DNA from: a virus
DNA length: 21,637 nucleotides
Virus record (IMG/VR): IMGVR_UViG_3300037558_003019
Reading direction: 5' to 3' (one strand)
In this document: positions 21,267 through 21,637 of the stretch, piece after piece
Layout of the letters: each line of letters begins with the position of its first letter
Numbering within the stretch: position 1 is the first letter of the stretch
Position numbers and translations under genes: made by a program
The notes under the pieces: generated by a model
Told to the model about the DNA's origin: nothing
What the model saw: only the letters and a program-made list of their open reading frames with translations
Database searches by the model: none

Positions 21267-21637
21267 GGATGAAGTTCAGAAGTAAGCCTCTACACAGAGA
21301 TGTGAAGAGAGTTAGAGAAGAGCAGCTGAAGATATTAATGAGGTATATTTCGAGAGAGGCACTTCAGAAGCATGGAGTAGACACAAAACTTGAAGATGTT
21401 CTCAGTGAGGAGCTCAAGGATCCAGAGAAGCTTGCATCATTCGCAGCTGATATGGAGAATTTCAATTTCGTTGCAACGATCATGCTCGCAACTGGAATGA
21501 GCAGAGAGGAAATTGAAGAGCTTGATGAGGATACGTTCTGGGATCTTTACGAGAAATCGAAAGAGGCAATCGGAGGAGATGTGAATCATTTTTTCGAGAG
21601 ATACACAGGCGTTTCTACGTCGATGAAAGTGAAGTGA
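21263..21637 (+). CDS. Tail assembly chaperone
   Basis: Follows the tail tube gene with ATGA overlap. Acidic helical C-terminus (MSREEIEELD) and a slippery heptamer near the end. Confidence 0.7.
   Translation: MRMKFRSKPLHRDVKRVREEQLKILMRYISREALQKHGVDTKLEDVLSEELKDPEKLASFAADMENFNFVATIMLATGMSREEIEELDEDTFWDLYEKSKEAIGGDVNHFFERYTGVSTSMKVK
21589..21595 (+). other. Candidate -1 ribosomal frameshift site T TTT TTC
   Basis: In-frame X XXY YYZ heptamer. The -1 frame (REIHRRFYVDESEV) stays open to the window end. Confidence 0.55.

Larger units (their letters stand above)
1..21637 (+). mobile_element. Archaeal tailed virus (Caudoviricetes, siphovirus-like) genome segment or provirus
   Basis: Canonical order terS-terL-portal-MuF-protease-capsid-adaptor-closure-gp10-like-terminator-tail tube-chaperone, plus archaeal PCNA, BHB-intron tRNA and TATA promoters. 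No integrase or host boundary is visible, so free virus versus provirus cannot be decided. Confidence 0.95.

Overview
The whole window is a segment of an archaeal tailed-virus (Caudoviricetes, siphovirus-like) genome or provirus. The archaeal call rests on a PCNA gene, an A1-U72 tRNA-Gln with a bulge-helix-bulge intron, TATA-type promoters and GGTGA/GGAGG ribosome-binding sites. A thermophilic host is only inferred, from K/E/R-rich proteins and GC-rich RNA stems in an AT-leaning genome. Layout: a replication/early module (1-4700) with PCNA, a PD-(D/E)xK nuclease, DUF1599-like, STAS-like, wHTH and ASCH genes; an AT-rich accessory pair (4747-5909); terS and terL; a 2.6-kb insert; then portal, MuF, protease/scaffold, decoration protein, encapsulin-like HK97 capsid, head-tail genes, a phosphoesterase plus PAPS-reductase-like insert, tail tube and tail chaperone. 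The most unusual element is a non-coding RNA cluster at 8159-8635: tRNA-Gln(UUG) with a 120-nt structured intron, tRNA-Thr(UGU), and, directly after each tRNA, a ~60-70-nt RNA with the same predicted kink-turn architecture. Other notable signals: a TerS-like HTH fused to the portal, a JAMM/JAB metalloprotease domain fused to MuF with a coupled small ORF, a 16-bp promoter motif repeated before four morphogenesis units, 60-bp-periodic palindromes inside a wHTH gene, and a second partial copy of the tRNA-Gln 3' half. All protein family calls come from motif recognition by eye and all RNA folds were derived by hand. No searches were run.
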